Source: Chloroflexota bacterium | GTDB taxonomy: Bacteria > Chloroflexota > UBA11872 > VXNJ01 | Reading direction: 5' to 3' | DNA length: 64,000 nucleotides | Assembly (NCBI GenBank): GCA_965208775.1 | Contig: OZ242360.1 | Location: 3,145,591 to 3,209,590, forward strand | In this document: piece after piece, positions 10,554-20,706 of the stretch | Position numbering within the stretch: the stretch's first letter is position 1 | Layout of the letters: each line of letters begins with the position of its first letter | Translations under genes and position numbers: made by a program | The notes under the pieces: model-generated | What the model was told of the DNA's origin: nothing | Database searches by the model: none | What the model saw: only the letters and a program-made list of their open reading frames with translations

Positions 10554-10789
10554 CGTTCCTCACTTTGATTTTGACCGAGCCGGGCGCGGGTTATCGTGAG
10601 ATCGGCCGCAGCCTGAGTCGTAAGGCGGGAGCAAAAATCCCTGCAACCCTCAGCATAGCCTGATTGTTACAACAGTCCTTCGCCGTAGCGGGTCCGAGGT
10701 CCAATTTTGGAGGACGTTGCGACAGACCGGCGGCATCCAAGTGGTCGTGGCAGTGCCGTTCGCGCCGCTGCGCCGTCGAAGCGCCTGGG

Positions 10790-11890
10790 CTAGCGAATAG
10801 TTATAGGCACGCCCGAATCGGCGAAGTTCCACATCCACTTGGCGTCCCATAACGTCATGTTTACGCATCCGTGGCTCATCTCGGAGCCGAAGTTGTTGTG
10901 CCAGTATGCGTAATGCAGAGCGTGTCCCTTCCACGTGAAATATTGCGTGAAATAGACGTTAGAGAGGTCGTAGTAGTCGTCGGTCCCAAACTCGCCGCCG
11001 ATCATCCGCTCGTTTTCCACGCGGCGGAGGATCGGGAAGATCCCAGTCGGAGTTGGCGTTAACTCGCGGCCAGTCGACACCAGCACGTCGTAGACACGCT
11101 TGTCCCCTTGAAACGCGGCGAGCCGTTGGAGCGAAAGGTCGATCTCGATTCTGCGATCCTGGACCCTACCGATTGGAACCGGATTGCTAACACCATCGAA
11201 CAGGAACGCACCGGGGCGCATCGGGACCCGGCGAGTATCGAGCTTCAGCTCGTCGGCCATCCACTCGCCCAATGGTGAGATTCCTACTTCATCGTTATCG
11301 TTCAGTTCAAGCCTGGTGTTCTGAAACCACTGAACCCGCGTTCCGGAGTCTTGCACGAGATGGGAAATCGGATATCCAAAGACAAATACGCCGCCACCGT
11401 CTAAGAACGTTTGCCAAAGCTGAGTGTGCGTTCCGAATTTCGTCTGCCAGAACCAGTAGCTGGCGGACGGGTCGCCGCGGCGCGGGTTTCCGGAGCCCAT
11501 GAAGCGTGGGGCCAAGGTAGATCCGACAGGCAGGATGTTGACCTTGCCGGGGAGTGGAGGGGTGAGCCAGTACTCGAGATCACGGTAAAGCACACCATTT
11601 CGGAACGCCTGATATTCGACGAAGGGCTTGGTCGTGGGCTCCGAAACCGGCGGGCCCAATGTGACCATGCCTCCCGTCCGTCCCCACATGCGCAAGTATT
11701 CTCCAGAGAGGTGGTGACCGGTTTCAGGAAAGTACAGCATCCGATCGTTGGTTGGATCACTTGCATTGGCGTCGAAATAGAGTGCGGTGGCGCCTGCCGT
11801 TGCCGGGGCCGCAACGGCGGAAGCAGCGAACAGCCCGCTCGCCATGATGAGTCGCCGGCGGGAGATGGGGTTTGGGAATCTACTGTTCAA
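10790..11890 (-). CDS. Tat-exported L,D-transpeptidase (YkuD domain) with N-terminal aromatic repeats
   Basis: SRRRLI Tat signal, YFPETGH and FGYPIS repeats, VSTG, TPTG, catalytic ALH...SHGCVN. Confidence 0.88.
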   Translation of the reverse strand: MNSRFPNPISRRRLIMASGLFAASAVAAPATAGATALYFDANASDPTNDRMLYFPETGHHLSGEYLRMWGRTGGMVTLGPPVSEPTTKPFVEYQAFRNGVLYRDLEYWLTPPLPGKVNILPVGSTLAPRFMGSGNPRRGDPSASYWFWQTKFGTHTQLWQTFLDGGGVFVFGYPISHLVQDSGTRVQWFQNTRLELNDNDEVGISPLGEWMADELKLDTRRVPMRPGAFLFDGVSNPVPIGRVQDRRIEIDLSLQRLAAFQGDKRVYDVLVSTGRELTPTPTGIFPILRRVENERMIGGEFGTDDYYDLSNVYFTQYFTWKGHALHYAYWHNNFGSEMSHGCVNMTLWDAKWMWNFADSGVPITIR

Positions 11891-11962
11891 TGGAGGGAGG
11901 CACTCCTTGGCTAACGAGCCGAGCCCGTTCTGCTTCAGGTTACGCAGGCCTCCCTACGAGAT

Positions 11963-11991
11963 ATTCTAATAGACATAATTGGTAATGCGAA
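11963..11991 (-). promoter_or_regulatory. Putative sigma70-type promoter of the L,D-transpeptidase
   Basis: Minus strand reads TTCGCA-N17-TAGAAT in an AT-rich intergenic stretch. Confidence 0.5.
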
Positions 11992-12130
11992 AGTAAAGGT
12001 CTAGGAGAAAGTCTTGATTCGTATTTCTGAGCATGTTGCCGATTGATCGGGGCGCGTTGACCTTGCTGGTTACTCTGTCCGAATCGACCGTTGCGCTGGA
12101 TCACCGGAGAGAAGACGTGCAGGTAGAAGT

Positions 12131-12979
12131 ATGACGGCCGCGATCTGGTTCCACGCCGATCACATCGATCCTGGCAGCGGGTTCACGGCTTGGAATCTGG
12201 ATCCCACCTTGCTGGGCGCGGTGATCTTGGGCGTCGGCCTGTACCTCTATGTCATTGGGCCTTACCGGGAACGTCGCCGGCTGGGGGCGCCGGTATCCGG
12301 GTACCGGGTCATTGCCTTCACGAGCGGGGTGTTCGTAATTTTCCTCGCGCTCGCTTCCCCGATCGACTCGATTGGGGAGCACTACCTTTTCAGTATTCAC
12401 ATGGTGCAGCATCTGGTGCTCATGTTCGTGGCGGCGCCGCTGGTGGTAATTGGAACTCCGCCGTGGGCGATAAGGCTATTTCCCTATAGCAGCGCTATTC
12501 ACTCCGTAACTCGATTCGTAACGCTGCCAATGGTGGCGTTTCTGGCCTCTTCGGGGGTCTTCCTCATCTGGCACGTACCGCTGTTCTACGAAGCGGCGCT
12601 AAAGATCAAGCTAATCCATGATTTCGAGCATCTGACGATTCTGGGCGTCGGAATGCTCATGTGGTGGCCGGCCTTGAGCCCGGTCAGAGCTCTGCCGTCA
12701 CTGTCGGCGCCAGCGCAGCTACTATACTTCTTCGTTCTTCCAATCCCGACGTCCATCGTTGGCGCCCTGATCACCTTTATGGACGAACCGCTCTACTCGG
12801 CCTACGTCGAGGCTCCACGACTCTGGGGGCTTTCGGCGCTTGTCGATCAGGAAATTGCAGGATTGCTCATGTGGGTGCCTGGCAAGCTGGTTTTCTGGGC
12901 GGCTATGGCCGTGGCCTTTTTCCGGTGGTTTAGCGATGCGGACGCGCCGGATTCGCCGCGGCTGCGGCGAAACCTCTAG
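12131..12979 (+). CDS. ctaG: Cytochrome c oxidase assembly factor (caa3-type CtaG)
   Basis: SPID, YLFSIHMVQH, WHVPLFY, EH, DQEIAGLLMWVPG. Confidence 0.9.
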   Translation: MTAAIWFHADHIDPGSGFTAWNLDPTLLGAVILGVGLYLYVIGPYRERRRLGAPVSGYRVIAFTSGVFVIFLALASPIDSIGEHYLFSIHMVQHLVLMFVAAPLVVIGTPPWAIRLFPYSSAIHSVTRFVTLPMVAFLASSGVFLIWHVPLFYEAALKIKLIHDFEHLTILGVGMLMWWPALSPVRALPSLSAPAQLLYFFVLPIPTSIVGALITFMDEPLYSAYVEAPRLWGLSALVDQEIAGLLMWVPGKLVFWAAMAVAFFRWFSDADAPDSPRLRRNL

Positions 12980-13761
12980 ACAGCCGTCCAGCCGCCGTCC
13001 ACGACGAGCGTGTGACCAGTAATCAAATCGGAGGCCGATGAGGCGAGAAACACAGCAACACTCGCCACTTCCTCCGGAACGCCCAGTCGGCCAATTGGCA
13101 TCTTCGGGAGCATTTCGGCGAGAAAAGCCCTCGAATTTACCCGCTCGGAGTTGAAGTCAGTCTCGACGTGAGTAGGGGCTATAGCGTTGACCTGAATCCC
13201 ATGGGGGGCCCATTCGGCCGCCAGGGCGCGGGTTAGCTGCTCTACGCCTCCCTTAGCTGAACAGTAGGCTGCCCTGCCCGGATAGCCGACCGAGCCGAAC
13301 TGGGACGACATATTGATGACCTTGCCGGAGCCGGCTTGCACCATCACCTCCGCCGCAGCCTGGCATCCGTAGAAGGCGCTGGTCAGGTTTCCGTCGATTA
13401 GCGCGCGCCACTCGTCGGGCTGCACCTCAAGGGTCGGCTTGCCAGCTAGCGGAATACCGGCATTGTTGATCATGACGTCCAGCCGGCCAAACTCGCGCAC
13501 GGTCGCGCCCACAAGTATCCGGCATTGTTCCCTATCGGTCATGTCGGTTGTAACCGCGATGGCCCGCCCGCCCGCGGAGTTAATCTTCTTGGCCAGCGCG
13601 ACAATGGCTCTCGTCGATCGCGCTGCGAGCGCGATCGAAGCTCCGGCCTGGGCGCAGGCCAACGCTATAGCCTCACCCAATCCCCGGCTGGCACCCGTGA
13701 CGACGACAACCCGCTCCTCCAGGGAATAGGAGAGCTTTTCGCGATTGAGGCCGAAATCCAT
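12976..13761 (-). CDS. SDR oxidoreductase (gluconate 5-dehydrogenase/KduD-like)
   Basis: TGASRGLG, NNAG, YCSAK, VDGGWTA; likely ATG at 13761. Confidence 0.85.
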   Translation of the reverse strand: MDFGLNREKLSYSLEERVVVVTGASRGLGEAIALACAQAGASIALAARSTRAIVALAKKINSAGGRAIAVTTDMTDREQCRILVGATVREFGRLDVMINNAGIPLAGKPTLEVQPDEWRALIDGNLTSAFYGCQAAAEVMVQAGSGKVINMSSQFGSVGYPGRAAYCSAKGGVEQLTRALAAEWAPHGIQVNAIAPTHVETDFNSERVNSRAFLAEMLPKMPIGRLGVPEEVASVAVFLASSASDLITGHTLVVDGGWTAV

Positions 13762-13806
13762 GGTGTCAGATTCTAAGGTCCTTCGCGGACCCGAACGTAG
13801 GTGCAA

Positions 13807-15333
13807 TCAAGCTGGGGACGATGGGCGAAGTAATCTCCGCGCACTGGCCATAATCGTTTGGACCGCCGTTCGTGCTTCCTGGACCCTGAAGAGCCATAGT
13901 GCGGCAGCATAAGCAGCCAGCCCAATTGAGCCGGCGATCACGAGTGTCACGAAGCTCGCTTCGGATCCCGGTTCGACTAGAAGAGCGACTTGAGTTCCCA
14001 AGAAGACGCCTGCCGCCAACGCCAGAGTCGCGGGCAGCATCCTGGCGGCGAACCGAAGAATCACCGCGTCGGGCCTCGCACGAAGCGCCCGCCACAGCAG
14101 AAGACCGAGCACGAGTCCGTGAAGACTGTTCTGGATCGTATTGGCCCAGACGAGGCCGTGAAATCCCGCGCTTTCAACCAGCGGCAGTGCGACCGCGAGA
14201 TAAACGAATCCTCCGGCGATACCCATGAGCACGGGAGTGAGCGTATTGCGAGCGGAGTAGTACGCGAATATGAAAATTTGGTCCAGGGCTACGAGAGGAA
14301 GCTGAAGCGCATAGATTACGAGTGCTATCGAAGTGGGGCTTGTAGCAGCGGGGACGAACTCGCCTCGTTGGTAGACGAACCGGACTAGTGGCTCCGACAT
14401 ACCGATCACGAGTACTGTTGCGGGAATTATCAGAAGAAGCATGTAGCGGATGATCCCGCTCAGGACCTGCTTGAAGTCGTGGGCCTTGGGAAGGTCCGCG
14501 AACCGGGCCGGCGCCGCGCGAGACAGGGCGGGCAGCGACGCCAGACTCACGGCGGCGACTACGATGCCCAACGGGAACTGCTGAAGCCGGGTGGCGAATC
14601 GCATCATGGCCAGGCTTCCCTCGCCGGCGCCCGAAGCAAGCCGCGTGTCTATTGACGTAATGAACTGCGTGAAAATCAGCCCTCCCAAAACGGGAGCGTA
14701 GAGCAGCATCGCAGTCCGGAGATCGGGGTTGCCAAACGGGTTCGGGCGGGATCGCGGGATTTTCTCGGCTATCAGCCCGGGGATTTGAATCGCGAGATGT
14801 GCCCCCGCCCCGGCCAGATAGCCGAGCGCCACGCCAGGCGGTCCGACGAGCGGAGTAAGGGCGAGCGCGCCAACGATCAACGTGCCGTTCAAAGCGGAGA
14901 CGCTGAATGCCGGAAAGGCGAATCTCTCGGCGGCGTACAGCCGTCCTGACGCCACCGCCGAAATACCCAGCAGAATCACCGCGGGCAACGTTATTCGAAG
15001 CATGGTCACAGCCATGTCGTGCGTTTCGTCGGAAAAGGCGGGTGCCAGGAGCGTTACAAAGGGATGTGCAAGCGCGATCAGCGCTCCGGCGACGGCGGCG
15101 ATGAGTACTCCCACAATCAGCAGAAGGGTGTAAAAGAGCCTGGCGGACCGCTCTCTATCATCGGCGAGTCCGCTGAAAACAGGGACCAGGACCGCGGAGA
15201 TCGCGCCGCCAACAACCACGTCGAACAGCATGTTCGGGACTCGCGTGGCAACTTCGAACGCGTCGGCCGTGCCTGTAGCCCCGAACAGGGCCGCGATGAC
15301 AGGTTCACGGATAAAACCGAGCAGTCTGCTCAA
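13807..15333 (-). CDS. murJ: Lipid II flippase MurJ (MviN)
   Basis: SRLLGFIRE, DAF, RVPN, GGA, RLQQFPLG, YQRGEF. The frame stays open upstream (ATLVAAGNV), so the true start is probably earlier. Confidence 0.9.
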   Translation of the reverse strand: MSRLLGFIREPVIAALFGATGTADAFEVATRVPNMLFDVVVGGAISAVLVPVFSGLADDRERSARLFYTLLLIVGVLIAAVAGALIALAHPFVTLLAPAFSDETHDMAVTMLRITLPAVILLGISAVASGRLYAAERFAFPAFSVSALNGTLIVGALALTPLVGPPGVALGYLAGAGAHLAIQIPGLIAEKIPRSRPNPFGNPDLRTAMLLYAPVLGGLIFTQFITSIDTRLASGAGEGSLAMMRFATRLQQFPLGIVVAAVSLASLPALSRAAPARFADLPKAHDFKQVLSGIIRYMLLLIIPATVLVIGMSEPLVRFVYQRGEFVPAATSPTSIALVIYALQLPLVALDQIFIFAYYSARNTLTPVLMGIAGGFVYLAVALPLVESAGFHGLVWANTIQNSLHGLVLGLLLWRALRARPDAVILRFAARMLPATLALAAGVFLGTQVALLVEPGSEASFVTLVIAGSIGLAAYAAALWLFRVQEARTAVQTIMASARRLLRPSSPA

Positions 15334-15385
15334 GACGTTTCCGGCGGCGACCAGCGTAGCCGCGAATGCTATCCGCTTACCTGTT

Positions 15386-15910
15386 TCAGGCTTGATCGGT
15401 GGGATCTCGCGGAACGGCGGCGGATGCGCGGCGGTACATGTCAGATGACGATGCGCCCGGAGTCAAATTGACGAAGTGGAGCTTGCATCCGGCTTTGGTT
15501 ACGGACTCCAATTCCGGAAGCGGACGGTCGCCGGAGGCCGGATCGTACTCGGCCCCTTTTACGTAGACATCCGGTCGCACGACCTCGATCAGGCGTCCGG
15601 CGGTCAACTGCTGAAATATGACGACGAGATCGACCCATCTGATCGCGGCGAGGACTTGGGCACGTTGATCGGCCGCAAGGACGGGGCGTCCCCGCCCCTT
15701 GAGCGTGGTGACGGATTCGTCGTCGTTCAGGCCAACTACGAGAACGTCCCCCAGGCTTGCGCACGCCTGCAGAAACTGCATATGGCCGTGGTGAATCAGA
15801 TCGAAACAGCCGTTCGTTAGTACGACAGTCTGCGACGATCGCCTCGGCGCTCCCAGGTAATTACCGGCATCGACAAGCTCGACGACTGGGGCCGAAGCCG
15901 AGTCAGTCAC
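15386..15910 (-). CDS. RfaE domain II/HldC-like nucleotidyltransferase
   Basis: TNGCFDLIHHGH, VGLNDD, KGRGRP, VKGAEY; likely GTG at 15910, overlapping the end of the kinase gene. Confidence 0.88.
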   Translation of the reverse strand: MTDSASAPVVELVDAGNYLGAPRRSSQTVVLTNGCFDLIHHGHMQFLQACASLGDVLVVGLNDDESVTTLKGRGRPVLAADQRAQVLAAIRWVDLVVIFQQLTAGRLIEVVRPDVYVKGAEYDPASGDRPLPELESVTKAGCKLHFVNLTPGASSSDMYRRASAAVPRDPTDQA

Positions 15911-16913
15911 CGGCCGCTTCGAACATCGCCGCCACTTCTTCCGGGCGGGTTGTCGACGCGCCGAGCCTGGAGACGACGGCCGCTCCCGCTGCGTTGGCGA
16001 TCTCCGCCGCCTCGACAGGGTCGGCATTGCCCAAGAGCGATAACGTGAAAGCGGAGGCCACGGTATCTCCGGCGCCGGTGGCGTCGACCAGTCCAGGCAC
16101 AGAGTGCGCGGCCACCCTCTTCATGGGCTCGCCACGGCTGAAGAGCGCCATTCCGTTACCGCCGAGCGTTATGAGGAGATGAGTGCAGTCCAGGCGCGCT
16201 CGCAGCTCGTTGCCACCCGATTCGAGTGCTCTGTCATCGGCCATAGCCATGCCGAGTTCGGCCTCGGCTTCCGGTTGATTGGGGGTTACCGCGGTCACTC
16301 CCTGAAAGCGCGCAAATCCGCCGTGGGAATCGACGACAACTTGCTTACCGTGTCGCTCGGCGCTGGAGAGGACGTATTCGAGGATCGGGGCATCTACGAC
16401 GCCGCTTTCGTAGTCCGAGACGATTACGGCGCCATATTCGGGAATAGCTCCTTCCAGATAGAGCAGCAACTCCTGCTGGGATGGCTCCGACATGGGTTCG
16501 CGATTGGACACGTCCACGCGGGCAACCTGTTGATAATGCATCTGTCCCGCACCGCCCGCCCACACGCGAAGCTTGACGCTGGTTGGCCGCGACGGCTCGG
16601 TGGCCAGACCGGCGGTGTGGATTCCAGCTTCATCCAGAATCCGGCGCAGCCGATGCCCCATCTCGTCGTCCCCGACGAGACCACAGACGGAGACATCCGA
16701 TCCGAGGCTCCGGGCGTTGTATGCGGGGTTTGCGGCTCCCCCTGGAACGAAGAGATGCCCTCGCCGCTCGATGACCGGCACTGGGGCCTCTCGGGACAAT
16801 CGGGTCGAATGTCCAATGATGTGTTCGTCCACGACCATGTCGCCCACCACGAGCACGCGCGTCCCTTGCGCCGCCGCGAGGATTTCACGACAGCGCCCCG
16901 CAGATATGGTCAC
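15903..16913 (-). CDS. RfaE domain I/HldA-like PfkB-family sugar-phosphate kinase
   Basis: VVGDMVVDE, RLSREAPVPV, GGAAN, SDY, TPN, DATGAGDTV. Confidence 0.88.
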   Translation of the reverse strand: MTISAGRCREILAAAQGTRVLVVGDMVVDEHIIGHSTRLSREAPVPVIERRGHLFVPGGAANPAYNARSLGSDVSVCGLVGDDEMGHRLRRILDEAGIHTAGLATEPSRPTSVKLRVWAGGAGQMHYQQVARVDVSNREPMSEPSQQELLLYLEGAIPEYGAVIVSDYESGVVDAPILEYVLSSAERHGKQVVVDSHGGFARFQGVTAVTPNQPEAEAELGMAMADDRALESGGNELRARLDCTHLLITLGGNGMALFSRGEPMKRVAAHSVPGLVDATGAGDTVASAFTLSLLGNADPVEAAEIANAAGAAVVSRLGASTTRPEEVAAMFEAAGD

Positions 16914-17097
16914 TGCCCGACTCCGAATTCGCGCTGACAGGTCAATTACTTAAAGGTTGAATGCAGGGTAATGCGTGACGCTCCTGTCCTCGCCGCTGCA
17001 CACGTACTCAAGAGTAAGTCGAAGCGGTTATCGGAAATGGGTCGCAGCCGACGAGCGTGGTTTGAGTCGCCAATGCGAGCCTCGCTCATCACGAGTG

Positions 17098-17868
17098 CTA
17101 GTGAACGTAGGAGCTTAGATAGTCGGAGGAATGTCCTAGCTCAGCGAGTGGAGGTCCATCCGCCAACCGGCACTCCAACGCCATAGCTCCGTCAAATCCG
17201 ATCGACTTCAAAGCTCGCATACCCGGTCCGAAATCAGTATGCCCGCGTCCGGGATTCAGTCTGTTCGAATCGGCGAGGTGAACGTGCTTGATCCAGCTTC
17301 CAGCGGCGGTGATGCTTTGGGCGATGTCGGCTTCCTCGACGTTCATGTGGAAGAAGTCGGCCATGATGCCTACACCCGGACTGCCGACGGATTCTGCGAT
17401 ATCCACGGCCTGCTCCAAACGGTTGACCAGATGAGTCTCGTACCGGATCAGCGGCTCAATCACGACCACCATGCCTTGCGACTCCGCGTGCTCACCCACA
17501 GCCCTGAGCGCGTCGCAATACCGATCAATCTCTTCCTGTTCAGTTACACCTTCCACGAGAGGTCCTCGTACGGGCACAGAAACTATTCGCTTAACGCCAA
17601 ACTGACCGGCGAAGTCGATGGTCTCCTTGAAGAAGGAGATTCTGGCGGCGAGGTCTGTGCCAACATCGCCGAGGTCGTGCTCAAGCGAAGTACACATACT
17701 CAGAGCCGCAATCGGCGAATCGGCGAGTGCGGACTTGGTCTCTTCAGGGCGTTGTATCGTGAAACGGTGTACCAGCTCGACAGCCTGGTAGCCGCAATTT
17801 TCAAGATTCCGCAGCTGCTCGGCGACTGATTCACCCGGTACTATCGACTCTTGGGCGGCTAACTTCAT
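17098..17868 (-). CDS. Sugar phosphate isomerase/epimerase (xylose isomerase-like TIM barrel)
   Basis: EPLIRYE, DFFHMNVEE, HVHLADSNR, PGRGH. Confidence 0.85.
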   Translation of the reverse strand: MKLAAQESIVPGESVAEQLRNLENCGYQAVELVHRFTIQRPEETKSALADSPIAALSMCTSLEHDLGDVGTDLAARISFFKETIDFAGQFGVKRIVSVPVRGPLVEGVTEQEEIDRYCDALRAVGEHAESQGMVVVIEPLIRYETHLVNRLEQAVDIAESVGSPGVGIMADFFHMNVEEADIAQSITAAGSWIKHVHLADSNRLNPGRGHTDFGPGMRALKSIGFDGAMALECRLADGPPLAELGHSSDYLSSYVH

Positions 17869-18080
17869 AAGTACCTTTTGCGCTTAGCGACTACTAATGG
17901 ACAACCCCGAACATCGACGGGAACCTATCAAGGTTACCCTTTCCGCCCAAGCGCCAGGCTCATCGTTGGTATCATTGCCTCGCGCTATCAAAGTAGCAGC
18001 GTGTAACCCATTCGAGTCTGCCCATCGCCAACCGTAAAACCGAAAGGCCTGACGCATCCAGGCTTTGGCGGAAAGCACCT

Positions 18081-19379
18081 TTGTTCGATATCGATACCCT
18101 AGATAATGGTCTCCGGGCCATCATCACGCCGATTGCGCATACCCAGGCAGTGACGATTCAGTTGGCGGTCGGGATCGGATTCGGCTACGAGTCGGAACGC
18201 ACTCACGGACTCGCCCATTTCGTCGAGCACATGCTTTTCAAGGGGACGGAGTCGCGGCCCACATTTTCCGACATCACAGGGTTAATCGAGTCGCTTGGCG
18301 GCTCGATTAACGGCGCAACCGACAAGGAGATGACGTTCATATACGTCAGATGCCCATCAGTCCACTTCGAGGCGGCGCTCGAGATTCTGTCGGACGTAGC
18401 ACAGAACTCGAAATTCGATCCGGAGGAGGTTGAGCGGGAGCGCCGGGTGCTTGTGGAAGAGGCCACGATGTCGCGCGACACGCCCGACGAGTGGGCCATG
18501 CAGCTATTGGAGCAGCTTTTGTGGCCCGGACACGGTCTCGGCCGGCCGATTTCCGACAATCTGGAAGTGATGCGGAATGCGACTCCGGACATGCTGCGCA
18601 ACTATGCGGCACGCAACTTCGGGGCCGCCAACTCGGTGGTCTCAATAGCTGGTGCCGTCGAACGGGAACACGCCTTGGAATCCATCGAAACCCGATTTCA
18701 CGGCTATCGATCCGGAGAAAGGGCTGAGTGGCCCAAAGTGGACTCGTCGAATCGTCACCTGGATACCCGGCTGACCATCGAGGAGCGTGACGTGCTGCAA
18801 GTCAACGTTGCGCTCGGAACCCACTCGCTCTCCCGAACGGATCCCGACCGCTATGCGCTTGAATTGCTCAACGCAGTTCTCGGCGAGGGCATGTGCTCAA
18901 GACTGTTCGCCGAAATCAGGGAGAGACGAGCGCTTACGTACGATGTCTTCTCATACACGTCGCAGAATCAGGAAGATGGTTCGATCGCCATTTTCGCCAA
19001 CTCAAACCCTGAAGACGTTGGAGCAATGACGAGCGCCATTTTCGAAGAATGCGAGCGCCTCAAATCTGAACCTCCGTCCGACTGGGAACTGAAGCGCGCT
19101 CGCGAATACGTTAACGGCGGTCTCATCCTTGGCATGGAAGAGAGTCACAACGTGGCGTCCTGGTACGCTCGCGAAGAAATCCTGGAATCGGAGCGGATGA
19201 CCGTCGATGCGGTCATACAACGCTTGAACTCAGTGACCGCGGACGACGTTTCGCGAGTCGCGCAACGCATATTCATGGGGGACTGGGTGCGGCTGGCCGC
19301 GGTCGGACCTGTTGAGGACGATAACCCGCTGACCCAAATGGTTGGAAGCGGACTTACCTCACTCGAATATGTCTCCTAA
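18081..19379 (+). CDS. M16 (pitrilysin/insulinase) family Zn peptidase
   Basis: Inverted zincin HFVEH, MLFKGT, SRLF...R, Y. Confidence 0.92.
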   Translation: MFDIDTLDNGLRAIITPIAHTQAVTIQLAVGIGFGYESERTHGLAHFVEHMLFKGTESRPTFSDITGLIESLGGSINGATDKEMTFIYVRCPSVHFEAALEILSDVAQNSKFDPEEVERERRVLVEEATMSRDTPDEWAMQLLEQLLWPGHGLGRPISDNLEVMRNATPDMLRNYAARNFGAANSVVSIAGAVEREHALESIETRFHGYRSGERAEWPKVDSSNRHLDTRLTIEERDVLQVNVALGTHSLSRTDPDRYALELLNAVLGEGMCSRLFAEIRERRALTYDVFSYTSQNQEDGSIAIFANSNPEDVGAMTSAIFEECERLKSEPPSDWELKRAREYVNGGLILGMEESHNVASWYAREEILESERMTVDAVIQRLNSVTADDVSRVAQRIFMGDWVRLAAVGPVEDDNPLTQMVGSGLTSLEYVS

Positions 19380-20706
19380 GAAAATCGTCGATCAGGCGCA
19401 CGAGCATCTCCACGGCGGCGACCCCGACGGTTGCATGCGCATCATCGATTACGTGCTGGATATTTTCCCCAACTACTACCAAGCGCGACTGGTACGCGCC
19501 CTGGCCTTCGAATCGCTTGAGCGGATGGCCGACTCTGCCGACGATGCGGCTTTCGTTCTGGGCGTCGTGCCGCACAACGGGACCGCGCTCCTGCTGAGCG
19601 CGCGCCTGCAAAGCGGAAAGGGTGACGGTCAGCAGGCGCAAAAGTTGTGGACCCGCGCCTCGGAGACGGATCCCTGTCATGCGGACCTCAGTAACTCGAT
19701 CGATGGAGTGAATCTCACTCCCCGGATAACTCACGGCTTGCTCGGCTACACCTATCTGCGCTCAGGATGGCCTGAGCTCGCGGAGCGTCAGTTGAGAGCT
19801 GCAATCGAGTCCGATTCGGTCCGGACCGACATCCGCTTGGCGCTGGCTGAGTCGCTTTGGAGCATCGGCAGGCTCGAGGACTGCCGGCGTCATAGCCGGA
19901 CCGTACTGGACCACCATCCGGATTGCCTGAAGGCGCTCCTGATGATGGCCCATATCTTTACTGAGATCGGCCGAACGAATCATGCCGCTGAGCTACTCGA
20001 CCGAGCTTCGTCTCTGGACCCCGAACAGCGGTTGGCCCGAGAGATGTACGGTCGCCTTGAATTCGACCGCATTAACCTGGCGGAGCCTGCGTCGATAGCG
20101 CCGCCGCCGGGCGAAAGCAGCCGCGCCAAAATCGAGGCGGAAGCTGGCGAGCAATATCAGAAATCTTCACCGGAGCGGGACTCGACGCCAGAGCAATCGG
20201 TGAAAACTGTGGCTGACAGTGCAGAACCCGAAGAGGCTAAAGTCGCCGCACCACCACCTTCAACTGAGCCTTACCTTGACGATACGCCCGCTCCGGTCGC
20301 TCCCGACTCGGAAGCCGGAGAGCAAGAGCAGTTGGCGGACGCGTCGGCGGAAATCGATAGTGGCGGCGTGGATGTGGAGATGTCCGGGGAGCCCATGGTC
20401 CCGGCGATGGAGGCACAGTCTCCTGAAACTGAAGAGCCACTTCCACCCTCAGCGATTGCGGCGATCGAACTGGCCAGAGAAGGGTACTGGGACGAGGCGA
20501 TGAACCTCGTGAGAGTGCATTCCGCCGAAGACGACTTGCAGGCTTGGGAAGCGGCGCTCCGTGAGATTTGCGGCCTTGACGAAGCGCCTGCAACTGCCTG
20601 GGAGATTTTGGGCGACGTCTACATGCGTCAGAGTCTCCCCCAAGACGGGGCGCGTGCCTATGCACGAGCTAATGAACTAAAGGACCGAGCCGTTAAGCGT
20701 GAATGA
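19369..20706 (+). CDS. TPR-repeat protein with acidic Pro/Ala/Glu-rich linker
   Basis: Helical TPR-like repeats (LGYTYLRSG, LAESLWSIG, LGDVYMRQ) around a low-complexity linker. Confidence 0.7.
   Translation: MSPKKIVDQAHEHLHGGDPDGCMRIIDYVLDIFPNYYQARLVRALAFESLERMADSADDAAFVLGVVPHNGTALLLSARLQSGKGDGQQAQKLWTRASETDPCHADLSNSIDGVNLTPRITHGLLGYTYLRSGWPELAERQLRAAIESDSVRTDIRLALAESLWSIGRLEDCRRHSRTVLDHHPDCLKALLMMAHIFTEIGRTNHAAELLDRASSLDPEQRLAREMYGRLEFDRINLAEPASIAPPPGESSRAKIEAEAGEQYQKSSPERDSTPEQSVKTVADSAEPEEAKVAAPPPSTEPYLDDTPAPVAPDSEAGEQEQLADASAEIDSGGVDVEMSGEPMVPAMEAQSPETEEPLPPSAIAAIELAREGYWDEAMNLVRVHSAEDDLQAWEAALREICGLDEAPATAWEILGDVYMRQSLPQDGARAYARANELKDRAVKRE

Noticed and set aside
10554-10789. Possible SAM or T-box element upstream of cysK
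   Set aside because: No SAM-I core or T-box sequence is evident.
18040-18072. Hairpin AAAGGCCTG...CAGGCTTT upstream of the M16 peptidase
   Set aside because: A single imperfect stem with no match to a riboswitch consensus I recognise.
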